A DNA stretch of 64,000 bases. It comes from Candidatus Fermentibacterota bacterium (GTDB lineage: Bacteria > Fermentibacterota > Fermentibacteria > Fermentibacterales > JCC-6). This document shows positions 10,467-20,555 of the stretch, one piece after another (the stretch's first letter is position 1; each line of letters starts with the position of its first letter). The notes below the pieces were generated by a model, which was not told where the DNA came from, made no database searches, and saw nothing but the letters and a program-made list of their open reading frames with translations. The stretch covers positions 1,036 to 65,035 of the forward strand of contig JAUVIR010000004.1 in NCBI GenBank assembly GCA_030592645.1, given 5' to 3'. Position numbers and translations under genes: made by a program.

Positions 10467-10904
10467 TCAGTCCAGTATACTGAGTTTGGCTACTGATTTC
10501 TTCAGGGTTGGCTTACTGTTCCGTGAATACACTATGGATTCGAAGTGCGGAAGGTTGGCAATATCAAGCAGCATTTCCAGAACGTACTTGTAGGAATCCT
10601 CAGTTGAAAAGAATACTCCAGTCAGCCTCTGTTTGAGTATACGCAGTCGATCGTCTTCAGGTGATGAGGAATCCTCTTTCCATCGCTGCGGATCATCAAG
10701 CATCGTCAGCATACGTCTTGCGGTTATATCCTTCTTCATTGTGATATCCCAGAATGTTTTTGCTTCCCGCGAGGCAATAAGTTCAAGAAGCTGGCTTGCG
10801 AGTGTAGTGTCCGATATAAGATCTGCCTCAAAAAGATCATGAAGACTCTTAAGCCTGTCACTCAGGTTCGCTCTGAGTTTATCCGGATTGCTTTCTTCGT
10901 ACAT
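10467..10904 (-). CDS. Hypothetical protein
   Basis: 145-aa ORF starting 3 nt after the hflX stop; helical and charged; no family recognised. Confidence 0.7.
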   Translation of the reverse strand: MYEESNPDKLRANLSDRLKSLHDLFEADLISDTTLASQLLELIASREAKTFWDITMKKDITARRMLTMLDDPQRWKEDSSSPEDDRLRILKQRLTGVFFSTEDSYKYVLEMLLDIANLPHFESIVYSRNSKPTLKKSVAKLSILD

Positions 10905-10907
10905 ATT

Positions 10908-12215
10908 CTATTTCACTATCCCGCATACGCTGTTTCCGGGTCCCGCCAATCTAACAAAACTTCGTGCAGTATCCGCACCATCAATTCTTCCCTCAACCGA
11001 ATCATAACCTCTTAAGGCTCCGGCAAAAACCCTGACGGAACCGTCCTCGCCAGTCGTAACATCTCTCACAAGACAATTACTGTAAAGCCAGTTCATAATT
11101 GTACTATCATAATGTTCCAGCATAAGCTCAAACCAGTCAAGAGATATGTCTCTATATCCGATGATTCGATTCAGGAGAACATCCAGCCCGAACTTTGATA
11201 AGGCTGATACGGCAACACCGCTTCCGGGGTATCTGAAATCATCAACCGCATCGCACTTCGTCCAGACCGTCAGTCTGGGCACGGATTCATTAACACCTAT
11301 CCGCTTAAGTGTTTTTCTCACAGCATCGATATGCCTGCCTCGAGAAGGGCTTGACCTGTCGACGGTCACCAGCAGAAGGTCTGCCTTCCGAACTACATCA
11401 AGTGTTGTATGAAAACTCGCTACAAGGGTCTCGGGGAGCCTTTCAATGAAACCCACAGTATCCGATATCAGCACTTTGGAGTTATCCGGAAGTATCAGTC
11501 GGCGGGAAGTGGTATCAAGGGTTGCGAAGGGCTTATCCGCTGTATACAGCTCTGTACTGCACAGAGTATTGAGAAGTGTACTTTTACCGGCATTTGTATA
11601 CCCGACGATAGTAATGTTGAACATTCCTTTGCGCCCTGCAGAAACAACCTTCCAGCGGGATTCAACCTCCTCGATCCTGTTCTCGAGGAAAGTTATCCTG
11701 GATCTTGCCCGTCTGCGATCGATCTCAAGCTGAGTCTCACCAGGACCCCTTGTCCCTATACCGGCACCCAATCTTGAAAAATGATGCCACATGCCTGAAA
11801 GCCTTGGAAGGGCGTATTGAAGCTGAGCGAGTTCTATCTGAATCTTGGCTTCTCTGGTTCGAGCCTGTTCAGCAAATATGGCCAGTATGAGTTCCGTGCG
11901 GTCAATTACCTTGCAGTTTGTTGCTTCTTCAAGTCTCGATACCTGACCTGAAGAGAGGTTATGATCAAATACAATTGTACTTGTGTTCTCCCTGAGGGCG
12001 ATTTCCCGCAGTTCCTCAGCTTTGCCTTTTCCTATGAACAATCGCGGATCAGGTGTTTTCCTCTTCTGGGATTCCTGAGCAACAACGGAACCGCCCGCAG
12101 ACTGAATCAGAGCTATCATCTCATCAGTGGTGCCGGCTTCTTCCGATTCGTTGCCTATGTAGGCTCTTACCAGAAGAACCCGTTCAAGCTCAGCTGGTTC
12201 TCTGGTAGAATACAT
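10908..12215 (-). CDS. hflX: GTPase HflX
   Basis: GTRGPGETQLE, GYTNAGKS, FATLD, DTVGFI motifs. Confidence 0.96.
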   Translation of the reverse strand: MYSTREPAELERVLLVRAYIGNESEEAGTTDEMIALIQSAGGSVVAQESQKRKTPDPRLFIGKGKAEELREIALRENTSTIVFDHNLSSGQVSRLEEATNCKVIDRTELILAIFAEQARTREAKIQIELAQLQYALPRLSGMWHHFSRLGAGIGTRGPGETQLEIDRRRARSRITFLENRIEEVESRWKVVSAGRKGMFNITIVGYTNAGKSTLLNTLCSTELYTADKPFATLDTTSRRLILPDNSKVLISDTVGFIERLPETLVASFHTTLDVVRKADLLLVTVDRSSPSRGRHIDAVRKTLKRIGVNESVPRLTVWTKCDAVDDFRYPGSGVAVSALSKFGLDVLLNRIIGYRDISLDWFELMLEHYDSTIMNWLYSNCLVRDVTTGEDGSVRVFAGALRGYDSVEGRIDGADTARSFVRLAGPGNSVCGIVK

Positions 12216-12241
12216 CTTGCAGGGACATCACTTACAGAACA

Positions 12242-12877
12242 TCATTTCTTCACTCTTGACTTTTTGGAGGATTTTGCAGCTCCGGAGGCATTCGAAGGTT
12301 TTGATACTTCCTTCGCGCTTTCAGTGCTTCCGGGCTCACCGGCATCTCCATCACTTTTCTGATTATTCTCGTTTGACTCGATGTTTTGCTGAACACCCAG
12401 CTGGGCAGATCGTTTGATAAGTTCCCTTGCGGAATCACTGCGGATATTCCTGACCAGGGCAACCTCACCGGCAAATACATTGATAGCTTCGTTGAGTACA
12501 CGCTTCTCGGATGGATTCATTTTGTTCAGAACGGATCGGGCAATGATATCTCTGATCGCTTTTGCCACTTCCCCCGGCTCTCCTGAATGAACCCTGTCCT
12601 TCAATTTCTCTATTCTTCTCCGCCAGTCCTTGGGCAGTTCGTCCGGCTCCTTGAAAAGTTCCGAAAGCGCATCATCAAGTTCCTCCGGAGAAACAACCGG
12701 CCTTAATTCAGCCTCTAGAAGGCTCTCTGTAGGCACCATCACTCTTTTCTTTCCTACTACTATCTCAATAACAACGCATTCACAGATTTCACCGGAAACC
12801 ATCTGATCCGATATTTCAGTGATTACTCCAGCGCCATGAATAGGGTCAACAACTTTTCCATTGATGTCATACTTCAT
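12242..12877 (-). CDS. carD: CarD family transcriptional regulator with a low-complexity C-terminal tail
   Basis: VVDPIHGAGVI, VMVP, LRPV, W-x-x-R motifs; GGAGG SD before ATG 12877. Confidence 0.87.
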   Translation of the reverse strand: MKYDINGKVVDPIHGAGVITEISDQMVSGEICECVVIEIVVGKKRVMVPTESLLEAELRPVVSPEELDDALSELFKEPDELPKDWRRRIEKLKDRVHSGEPGEVAKAIRDIIARSVLNKMNPSEKRVLNEAINVFAGEVALVRNIRSDSARELIKRSAQLGVQQNIESNENNQKSDGDAGEPGSTESAKEVSKPSNASGAAKSSKKSRVKK

Positions 12878-12953
12878 CAGTCCTCCCCTGAAAGCGATTT
12901 TCGGCATAATATCAGAGTAATCTAATAAAAATCAGCAACAAACGTGCTTTTTC

Positions 12954-14567
12954 CTATTCGGCAAGAAGAATCCAGATATCCGGCGGGTCAGGCAAGATCA
13001 CAGATCGATGCTCTTCTGTTGTGTTCTCAAGGAATAGTTTTCTTAACTGATCCTCTGCCGCAGCAAGCAGCGGCAGCTGATAGCGATATAGGAAGATCGT
13101 GGAATCAAGAACAGCCGGTATCCCCAACTCTGTGTTCAGCATGTCTCCGTTACGATAATCCACAACCGTTATCTGCCATTCTTCGGAACCGAGCAGGATG
13201 CTCCTGTCGTGCAGAATCGACCTTACCCATGTAGCAGCCCCCACATTAGCATATACACCTTCCAGACCATGATTGGCTATATCGATATACAATGTCCCTG
13301 CCGGGTCTGAAACGGTCATGACGATACCGGGGGGGACAGTGTCATCGATAATATCGGCACCGAGAAGGAGCGTCATGTCGACAGGAGTGATCAGAATTGT
13401 AGAGTCGCCCGAAGCAAGCTGTTCTGCAATGGGATTGATCCTTCCCTGGCTCTCGAGAGGTAGATAGGGATCATCCCGGCGGGCCAGCAGTATTGAACTG
13501 CGCCGCGGACTTCCCGTAGATGTGAAAACCGTGGAGTACTCCAAAGCCGGACCCTGGCGGAATTCACTGGCTCTGCCCGGCTGTCCGGTACTGTTGCTTA
13601 TCCATACAACTGGTTCTGCAAATACATCACTCTGAAGAGAAATGGTTTCTACCGGAGGTAAGCCTTGATCTATCTCGATCTGGTCATGCTCCTGACCGGA
13701 CTCAGTGGTGTCAGGTGCGGTATTCTGGAATTCCTGCGCAGCATCAGGCCCGGGTTTCAGAAGTAATGCGGTGATCACAATAATTACGACTATCGCGAGT
13801 ATGGAAAACGATACATTCTTTCTATTAGTCCAGAAGTGCTTTCTGACTTTCTCCGCTTCCTGCTTCTCGTTTTCAGGTTCTACCTGCTCAAGTGCAGCCT
13901 CAAGTACAATCAGATTGGGAAATCTGTTGTCAGCCTCGAGAGAAACCATATTCTCGAGCAGTTCAGAAACACTGTTTGAAAGGCTGTTCCAGGCTTCAAC
14001 CTGGATATCACGGTTGTCACTGCCGGCGATAAGCCTGAAAATGAGCAGGCCCAGAGCATAAATATCGCTGCGCGGATCATCCGGGGTTCTTCCAACTGCT
14101 TCCGGCGGTGAGAAGGGAGTGTCCGGTATACCTCTTGCGCCCCCCAGGATGAAGTGCTTTCGACTGCTGGTTCTTAGAATGCTCTCGGGTCCCAGATAGC
14201 CGACTCTGTATCCGTCATCGTGAATCCTTCTGAGGATATCAAGAACTTTTTTCCCGGTTTCGAGAGCATCCGCCTCGGAAAACCCTCCATCCCGAACGAT
14301 CGTTTCGACACATAATTCCGCGTTGTCTGGAATTGAGAATAGAAGTATCCGGGTTTCCGTGTCATTTCCGGGATGCATCATGGAATCCGGAAGCAGGACA
14401 CCGTCAATCTCCGGCCAATCGTTCGATGAAAAACCGCCGGAGGATCCGCTGCTGATTTCAGCAAGCATTGCCCTTCCATCGATCTGTACCCTTGCAAGAA
14501 GATAGTTTTCTTCCTCAAGAAGTATTTTGCCACCATCCGCGACGGTTGAAAGCAGGTTAGAAAGCAT
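12954..14567 (-). CDS. Membrane protein: Ser/Thr kinase-like (pseudokinase) domain, TM helix, two LytR_C-like domains
   Basis: PFSPPE and RSDIYALG kinase C-lobe motifs; TM around aa 253-270; VWISNSTGQPGRA...MTLLLGAD LytR_C-like pattern. Confidence 0.65.
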   Translation of the reverse strand: MLSNLLSTVADGGKILLEEENYLLARVQIDGRAMLAEISSGSSGGFSSNDWPEIDGVLLPDSMMHPGNDTETRILLFSIPDNAELCVETIVRDGGFSEADALETGKKVLDILRRIHDDGYRVGYLGPESILRTSSRKHFILGGARGIPDTPFSPPEAVGRTPDDPRSDIYALGLLIFRLIAGSDNRDIQVEAWNSLSNSVSELLENMVSLEADNRFPNLIVLEAALEQVEPENEKQEAEKVRKHFWTNRKNVSFSILAIVVIIVITALLLKPGPDAAQEFQNTAPDTTESGQEHDQIEIDQGLPPVETISLQSDVFAEPVVWISNSTGQPGRASEFRQGPALEYSTVFTSTGSPRRSSILLARRDDPYLPLESQGRINPIAEQLASGDSTILITPVDMTLLLGADIIDDTVPPGIVMTVSDPAGTLYIDIANHGLEGVYANVGAATWVRSILHDRSILLGSEEWQITVVDYRNGDMLNTELGIPAVLDSTIFLYRYQLPLLAAAEDQLRKLFLENTTEEHRSVILPDPPDIWILLAE

Positions 14568-16032
14568 GTCCGTCAGTAGAGTAGTTAGGGGCTTCTTTAG
14601 TAATCAAAACATCGTGGGCATGGCTTTCACGAAGACCCGCTGATGTAATCCTGACGATCCGTGCTTTCTTTGAAAGCTCTTCAACAGTACTGCTTCCGAC
14701 ATAACCCATACCCTGCCTGAGCCCGCCGATAAGCTGGTTCAGATAATCGATAAGGGGTCCTTTAAAGGGGACCATTCCCTCTATGCCTTCAGGTACGAAC
14801 TTCTTCTCGGTTCTATCGCTCTGGAAGTACCTGTCGGCACTGCCGCGCTTCATAGCCCCAATGGATCCCATTCCGCGGTATATCTTATACCTTCTGCCTT
14901 TGTAAATGGTTGTTTCGCCAGGACTTTCCGATATACCTGCAAAGAGGCTTCCAATCATTACGGAAGAGGCTCCTGCAGCAAGCGCTTTAACTACGTCCCC
15001 CGAGAATTTGATGCCGCCGTCAGCGATAACAGGAACATTGAATGCTGCGGCAGCCAGGGCGCATTCGTAAACAGCGGTAAACTGAGGACACCCTACCCCC
15101 GCGATAACCCGTGTAGTGCAGATCGAACCGGGACCCACGCCGATTTTTACTCCGTCTGCGCCTGCCTTGATCAGATCGACTGTAGCATCCGGCGTGACAA
15201 CGTTACCCGCCACGATAGCAATATCAGGAAATTCTTTCCTGAGAATTGATACCGTTTCAATGACTTTAACAGAGTGCCCGTGTGCTGTGTCGATGAACAG
15301 ACAGTCAACTCCTGCATCTACCAGAAGAGCTGATCGGGCAATGGCTTTGACGCCTGCACCAACAGCCGCTCCGGCTCGCAGACGGCCGGATGAATCCTTG
15401 CATGCGTTCGGATAATTAATGGCATTGTGTATATCCTTGACTGTGATCAGGCCGACGAGATGCCGCTCGTCATCAACGAGCGGAAGCTTCTCGAGCCTGT
15501 GTTTCCTCAGCAGCACAAGTGAATCTTTAAGATCAGTATCAGGGGGAGCGGTTATCAGCTTCTCCCAGGGAGTCATCAGTTCCGTAACAGGAGTGGATGT
15601 ATCACTCTCAAACTGGTAATCACGGTTAGTCAGCATGCCTGCCAGCCTGCCTGCTTCCAGAACCGGAAAACCGGAAACCCCCTCATGCTCTGAAAGCTCA
15701 AGAGCATCGGCGATAGTATCATCTATTCCAAGCGCAACCGGATCTACTATTACGCCGCTTTCAGCCCGTTTAACCCGTCTGACATGCTGTGCCTGGCTGT
15801 CCGGTGAAAGATTCTTATGAATTACTCCCATTCCGCCCTCCTGGGCAAGTGCGATTGCCATATCAGCTTCAGTCACTGTATCCATCGCGGCACTCAGAAC
15901 AGGGATATTGAGATTTATCTTGCCGGTGAGCCTTGTTTGAAGATTCGCATCTGAAGGCAGTATCTCAGATCTCCCCGGAAGGAGCAGGATATCATCGTAT
16001 GTAAGTGCTAATCTACTGCTGGACAGTTCCAT
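14557..16032 (-). CDS. guaB: IMP dehydrogenase with CBS pair
   Basis: [33 protein letters not shown]. Confidence 0.97.
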   Translation of the reverse strand: MELSSSRLALTYDDILLLPGRSEILPSDANLQTRLTGKINLNIPVLSAAMDTVTEADMAIALAQEGGMGVIHKNLSPDSQAQHVRRVKRAESGVIVDPVALGIDDTIADALELSEHEGVSGFPVLEAGRLAGMLTNRDYQFESDTSTPVTELMTPWEKLITAPPDTDLKDSLVLLRKHRLEKLPLVDDERHLVGLITVKDIHNAINYPNACKDSSGRLRAGAAVGAGVKAIARSALLVDAGVDCLFIDTAHGHSVKVIETVSILRKEFPDIAIVAGNVVTPDATVDLIKAGADGVKIGVGPGSICTTRVIAGVGCPQFTAVYECALAAAAFNVPVIADGGIKFSGDVVKALAAGASSVMIGSLFAGISESPGETTIYKGRRYKIYRGMGSIGAMKRGSADRYFQSDRTEKKFVPEGIEGMVPFKGPLIDYLNQLIGGLRQGMGYVGSSTVEELSKKARIVRITSAGLRESHAHDVLITKEAPNYSTDGHAF

Positions 16033-16062
16033 ATTCAGATCTCCGTTCAGAATTTATCGTCT

Positions 16063-16416
16063 TTAATCGCACCAATAGATGAATCTGCCGCACGAAGGGC
16101 ATGTTTCGACTTGATCGTTCTTCTCGGTAGATGGGCTGAAAGCGGTCGGGAGCTGCGTGAAACAGCCGCTGCACATAAGGTTGACAACGGGAACTACAGC
16201 ATTTCCGTAATGCCCTGCAAGCTGGTCGTACAGATCTCTATACCTGCGATCGATAGTTAAGGAGAGTTCATCCCGCATCTTCCGCAGCTGCTCAACTGCT
16301 AAAGCCGGTGACAGACCGAGTTTTTTTTCCTGCTTGATGATGTCTTTGTCTATAAGGTCGGATATCATTATGTCGAGATCGTGAAGGCTTATGAGTTTTT
16401 CAAGTTCCCTAATCAT
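16063..16416 (-). CDS. C4-type zinc-ribbon protein (DUF164/zf-RING_7-like)
   Basis: CSGC...CPSCGRFIY after a short helical region. Confidence 0.8.
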   Translation of the reverse strand: MIRELEKLISLHDLDIMISDLIDKDIIKQEKKLGLSPALAVEQLRKMRDELSLTIDRRYRDLYDQLAGHYGNAVVPVVNLMCSGCFTQLPTAFSPSTEKNDQVETCPSCGRFIYWCD

Positions 16417-16876
16417 TTCCGGGGTTCACCTCATAACTCAGTTTCAATATTGAAGCGGCTTCAGCTGGAGAACCGGCGGAAAGTATCTTTTCAGCGCCCC
16501 CCGAACGGAGGGCTTTCGCAAGATGTTTGATCAGCTCCATGTGTTCAGACGGTCCTGAGGGTTTAACGGGAGAAATGAAAAGTATGATAACGCTTACTTT
16601 CTCTTCGGGCCATGGAATTCCGCTATCTGATTTTCCGATAATGATCATGAAATCATCGACCAGTATGCTTCGGCAGTGAGGTATAGCGATATTTTCATGA
16701 ATGATGGTCGGGTCGGCCAGTTCCCTGGTTTCAAGGGCAGTCTGAAGGAGGTTTTCTGTTGTTGCCTTAAAGGAGAACTCCCCTAACAACTCTGAAATAG
16801 CGCTTTTCCAGTTCTTTGAAGACATATTCCATTTGCACTGGCACAGTCTTTCCAAGCATACCTCCCTTATTGACAT
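16409..16876 (-). CDS. PTS EIIA-domain protein (PtsN/fructose-mannitol type)
   Basis: RE...T...IAIPHCR phospho-His motif, GIPW, H-x-x-L; likely start ATG 16876. Confidence 0.85.
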   Translation of the reverse strand: MSIREVCLERLCQCKWNMSSKNWKSAISELLGEFSFKATTENLLQTALETRELADPTIIHENIAIPHCRSILVDDFMIIIGKSDSGIPWPEEKVSVIILFISPVKPSGPSEHMELIKHLAKALRSGGAEKILSAGSPAEAASILKLSYEVNPGND

Positions 16877-16941
16877 GGTCTTTAATATAGGATTTGTGTA
16901 TCGTCCTGCAAGTGGCGTAATGAAAACATACGAGGTGAATA

Positions 16942-19503
16942 TTGTCCAGCAAGAATGAACCACTCAGTTTCTCAACCACCGATGAGTCCAGCGCTCTGCT
17001 GTTTAACAACAATGTTATCAGCAGAATATCTCAGCCTCTTGCGCACCTTCTGGACAGGATACCGGAAGACCGGGATGCAGTGATCAACGCGCTTTCCGCT
17101 CAGGAGGATGGATCGCTTCCAATACTGCTGGGTGATCAGATATGGCTCTCTTCAACGGTCAGTGCCGGTAATGAGAGAATCATAGTACTGAAAAATCCAT
17201 CCAAATTTGAGCTTGAGGAATGGCTGGAAATAATTCAGGGAGGCAGACCGAGTATTCTTACCGACGACTCAGGCAAAATTTTCGCTATGACTGAATCCGC
17301 AAATATGCTTTTTGCCGGGTATGAATTAACCGCTCTGAAGGATATTCTGGATCAGGTTTCAATGACAGCCTTTTTATCGGCCAGCTCAAAATGCCTTTGC
17401 GGACAGCAGACCAGAAACTTCTCCGTTCTAACAAAGAAAGGACGTAAGAACAGAAAGTCACAGGTAATATCCATCAGAAAATCGGGGGTCATGAGCAAGC
17501 TGCTTGTAGCGTCATTCTCATCCCCTTCAATGGCAATGAGCTCATTCGAGCAGAACGATTCGAAGTTCACCCGCACGATGTTTTCAGTGGTTCCCGTGCC
17601 TGCAGTTAAAATTGATGAGAAAGGCACTATCACAGCCATGAACAGTCATGCTGTTCATCTGGTTTCAAAGGTCGGTGCCAAGGATCCCATCAAGACCAGA
17701 TTCATAGACTGGATTGCGGAGGAGGACAGGGATAGAGTAGTGAAGCTGCATAAAAACCGGATTAATACTATGGTTACTCCCTTTCAGTTCAGAGCGGGTA
17801 TTTACATTTCTGATAATGTTGTACAGCAGTTCGAGATGACAAGCCTTCTCATGCCTGAAAAGGAAACTATGCTTGTCTTTCTCGTACCTGTCGATAATAT
17901 AGAAGGTACCGACACAGCACCCATTATAAATCAGACAATCAATGAACTTATGGATATTCTTCATGAGCCGGATCAGGATAGCAGATCTGCAAGGGATATC
18001 CTGGAATTTCTGAGAGTCGGCACAGGCGCAAGAGGTGCTGTCTACGCCTCAAAATCCAGAATAGTTACGGTCGGCGAGGTAGATCTGCCTGCCCATGAAA
18101 AACAGATCAAGACCAAAAATACTGTCTACTGGACTGAGGACCTGCTGGGTCACAATGTTACGATCCCTGTAAAACAGAAACATGATCAGGCCTACGTGAG
18201 GATAACAGGTATATCTTCCCGTATTTCCGATTCGCTGGGCAGACTGGTACTCAGCCTTTCTCCCGTGCTGGCTGAATACATTCAGTCCAACCAGTATCTG
18301 CAGGGTATGATCAAACTTCTCAATGCGATCTCTGCCTTCATGACCACTCTTGCGGGCCGTGAACGGGATGTTCAGACTCTGCTTGGCGAAATTGGATCGA
18401 TAACAGGCGCTGATTACCTGGTTATTCATACGGTCAGTTCCAGGGAGCCCGTTCTCAAACAACTGATTTCCTTCGGCACATCGACCGACCCGGGTACTCT
18501 TCGCATCGAGATCCCTTCGATAACATCATGGGCATATACTCATACGGAGATATGCTATGTTCCGGACACTGCAGCTGACCAGAGATTCTCTCCCATTTTC
18601 CCATCGTCAAGAAGTGAACTCTCAATCCCACTTATATCAAACGGGAAAACCATGGGAACACTCACCGTAGGATGCGCAAGGAGAGATGCATTCGGTTACC
18701 CTTTAGGAAGATTTCTTCAGACAATCGGAACAACTCTCTCCTTATGGCTGTTCAGAGACAGTAGAGGAGTAAGAGATGATGAAGGTATTCAGAGGAATGA
18801 CAAAGCTGACAGAAATATCCCGGGACTCGAGGATCTGCTGATGAATCTTTCCTATAGAATAAGAGCTCCCATTACTACTCTGAGAAGTCATACGGACCTT
18901 CTCCTGTCAGAGAAAACCGGTGAACTGACAGAAGACCAGAGGAAATCACTTGATTCGATGAACACCGCTCTTATCAACCTGGTTGAATACGCAGAGAGAA
19001 TGCTCAGTTTTATGAAGATCGAGTTGAGCGAGGGAAACCTCGAAACATCCTGGGCCAACCCCTCTGAGGTAGTTTCCTCACTGCTTCCAGCCCTTTCTGA
19101 GAAAGGCAGAAGCCAGGATGTTACCGTAACAGCTGAATTACCTTCCGAACCATTCACTGCATTCTTTGACAGGTCCAGGCTTGAACAGATCATCGGCAAT
19201 CTGGTTAACAATGCAATACAGCATAACGAACAGGGAGGGTCCGCCAGAGTGGAAGTCAGATTGGAAGGCAGCAATCACTGGGTGCTTGAGGTCTTCAATA
19301 CCGGAGAAGGAATCGCCTCCGAGGACCTTCCAAACGTTTTTGACAGATTCTATACGAGCGGCAGTTCCAGCAGACATGCGGCCGGGCTTGGAATAGGGCT
19401 GACGATAGTCAAGAGCTTCGCAAAACAGATGGGCGGCACTGTCAGTGTCCGAAGCAGGTCCGGATTCGGTACATGGTTCACTGTCCGTCTACCCCTTTCC
19501 TGA
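16942..19503 (+). CDS. Cytoplasmic PAS/GAF sensor, histidine-kinase-like (H-box His replaced by Tyr)
   Basis: GAF motif RSELSIPL; SYRIRAPI; N box NLVNNA; F box VFDRFY; G2 GLGIGL; GAGGTG SD before TTG. Confidence 0.87.
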   Translation: MSSKNEPLSFSTTDESSALLFNNNVISRISQPLAHLLDRIPEDRDAVINALSAQEDGSLPILLGDQIWLSSTVSAGNERIIVLKNPSKFELEEWLEIIQGGRPSILTDDSGKIFAMTESANMLFAGYELTALKDILDQVSMTAFLSASSKCLCGQQTRNFSVLTKKGRKNRKSQVISIRKSGVMSKLLVASFSSPSMAMSSFEQNDSKFTRTMFSVVPVPAVKIDEKGTITAMNSHAVHLVSKVGAKDPIKTRFIDWIAEEDRDRVVKLHKNRINTMVTPFQFRAGIYISDNVVQQFEMTSLLMPEKETMLVFLVPVDNIEGTDTAPIINQTINELMDILHEPDQDSRSARDILEFLRVGTGARGAVYASKSRIVTVGEVDLPAHEKQIKTKNTVYWTEDLLGHNVTIPVKQKHDQAYVRITGISSRISDSLGRLVLSLSPVLAEYIQSNQYLQGMIKLLNAISAFMTTLAGRERDVQTLLGEIGSITGADYLVIHTVSSREPVLKQLISFGTSTDPGTLRIEIPSITSWAYTHTEICYVPDTAADQRFSPIFPSSRSELSIPLISNGKTMGTLTVGCARRDAFGYPLGRFLQTIGTTLSLWLFRDSRGVRDDEGIQRNDKADRNIPGLEDLLMNLSYRIRAPITTLRSHTDLLLSEKTGELTEDQRKSLDSMNTALINLVEYAERMLSFMKIELSEGNLETSWANPSEVVSSLLPALSEKGRSQDVTVTAELPSEPFTAFFDRSRLEQIIGNLVNNAIQHNEQGGSARVEVRLEGSNHWVLEVFNTGEGIASEDLPNVFDRFYTSGSSSRHAAGLGIGLTIVKSFAKQMGGTVSVRSRSGFGTWFTVRLPLS

Positions 19504-20555
19504 TGAATTCACGGAAACTCTCCAGAACCAGTATGCAGTACAGCCTCCCTTCAGAACTGATCGCTCAGAAACCCCTTAGTGACAGAGCAGGCAGCAGACT
19601 TCTGGCGGTTGATATCAGTCAGGGCAGCTTAGAAGACACAATTTTCAGCAGCCTCCCCTCTTTCCTTGTCCCCGGTGATCTTCTGGTTCTGAATAATACA
19701 AGAGTTTTCAAAGCCAGGCTGAATGGAAGAAAGGCCGGGACAGGTGGGAAGGCGGAAATCTTTCTTCTGAAAAAACTGGAAGGAAACACCTGGAAAGCAC
19801 TTGTCCGCCCGGGCAGGGCCGCGAAACCGGGGATGCGGCTGGAGTTCAGGAACGGCCTCTACTGCACTGTAGAGAAGCGTTTAGAGCACGGAAGAACTAT
19901 TATCAGGTTCAACTCCGGACGGGACACTGAACAGAAGCTGCGGGAAATAGCACAGGTTCCGCTGCCTCCCTACATTAAACGGGACCCGGAGAAGCTGGAT
20001 GATTCGAGATATCAAACCGTCTATGCATCGGAAACAGGAGCGGTAGCAGCACCTACTGCAGGGCTCCATTTCACACCGGATCTTCTTACCAGCCTTCAGA
20101 GTGCAGGCGTAAACAATGTCCATGTGACTCTGCATGTAGGACCAGGCACTTTTCAGCCGCTCCGCCGGGAGACCCTGGAAGAGAATCGCCTTGATCCGGA
20201 GGAATATTTTATTTCCGCTGCAAGTCTCTCTGCAATAAGAAAGACCCGGCGTGCAGGCGGAAGAATAGTAGCCGTGGGAACAACTACAACCAGAGTTCTC
20301 GAGTCCATCGATTTAGAATCAGGCGAGTCATTATCAGGTGAGACTGAAATCTTTATATTCCCTCCGTACAGATTCAGGAATGTGGATGCTCTTATAACAA
20401 ATTTCCACCTCCCGGGAAGCTCTCTCTTGTGCCTTGTTGCAGCGTTCATGGGATATGAATTCATGATGGAGGCCTATCAGCATGCAATCGATGAATCCTA
20501 CCGATTCTACAGCTATGGAGATGCGATGCTGATCGAACAGGGGTCCGGGAAATGA
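19503..20555 (+). CDS. queA: S-adenosylmethionine:tRNA ribosyltransferase-isomerase
   Basis: LPPYIKR, YQTVYA, AAPTAGLHF, TLHVGPGTF, FYSYGDAM; ATG overlaps the upstream stop. Confidence 0.97.
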   Translation: MNSRKLSRTSMQYSLPSELIAQKPLSDRAGSRLLAVDISQGSLEDTIFSSLPSFLVPGDLLVLNNTRVFKARLNGRKAGTGGKAEIFLLKKLEGNTWKALVRPGRAAKPGMRLEFRNGLYCTVEKRLEHGRTIIRFNSGRDTEQKLREIAQVPLPPYIKRDPEKLDDSRYQTVYASETGAVAAPTAGLHFTPDLLTSLQSAGVNNVHVTLHVGPGTFQPLRRETLEENRLDPEEYFISAASLSAIRKTRRAGGRIVAVGTTTTRVLESIDLESGESLSGETEIFIFPPYRFRNVDALITNFHLPGSSLLCLVAAFMGYEFMMEAYQHAIDESYRFYSYGDAMLIEQGSGK

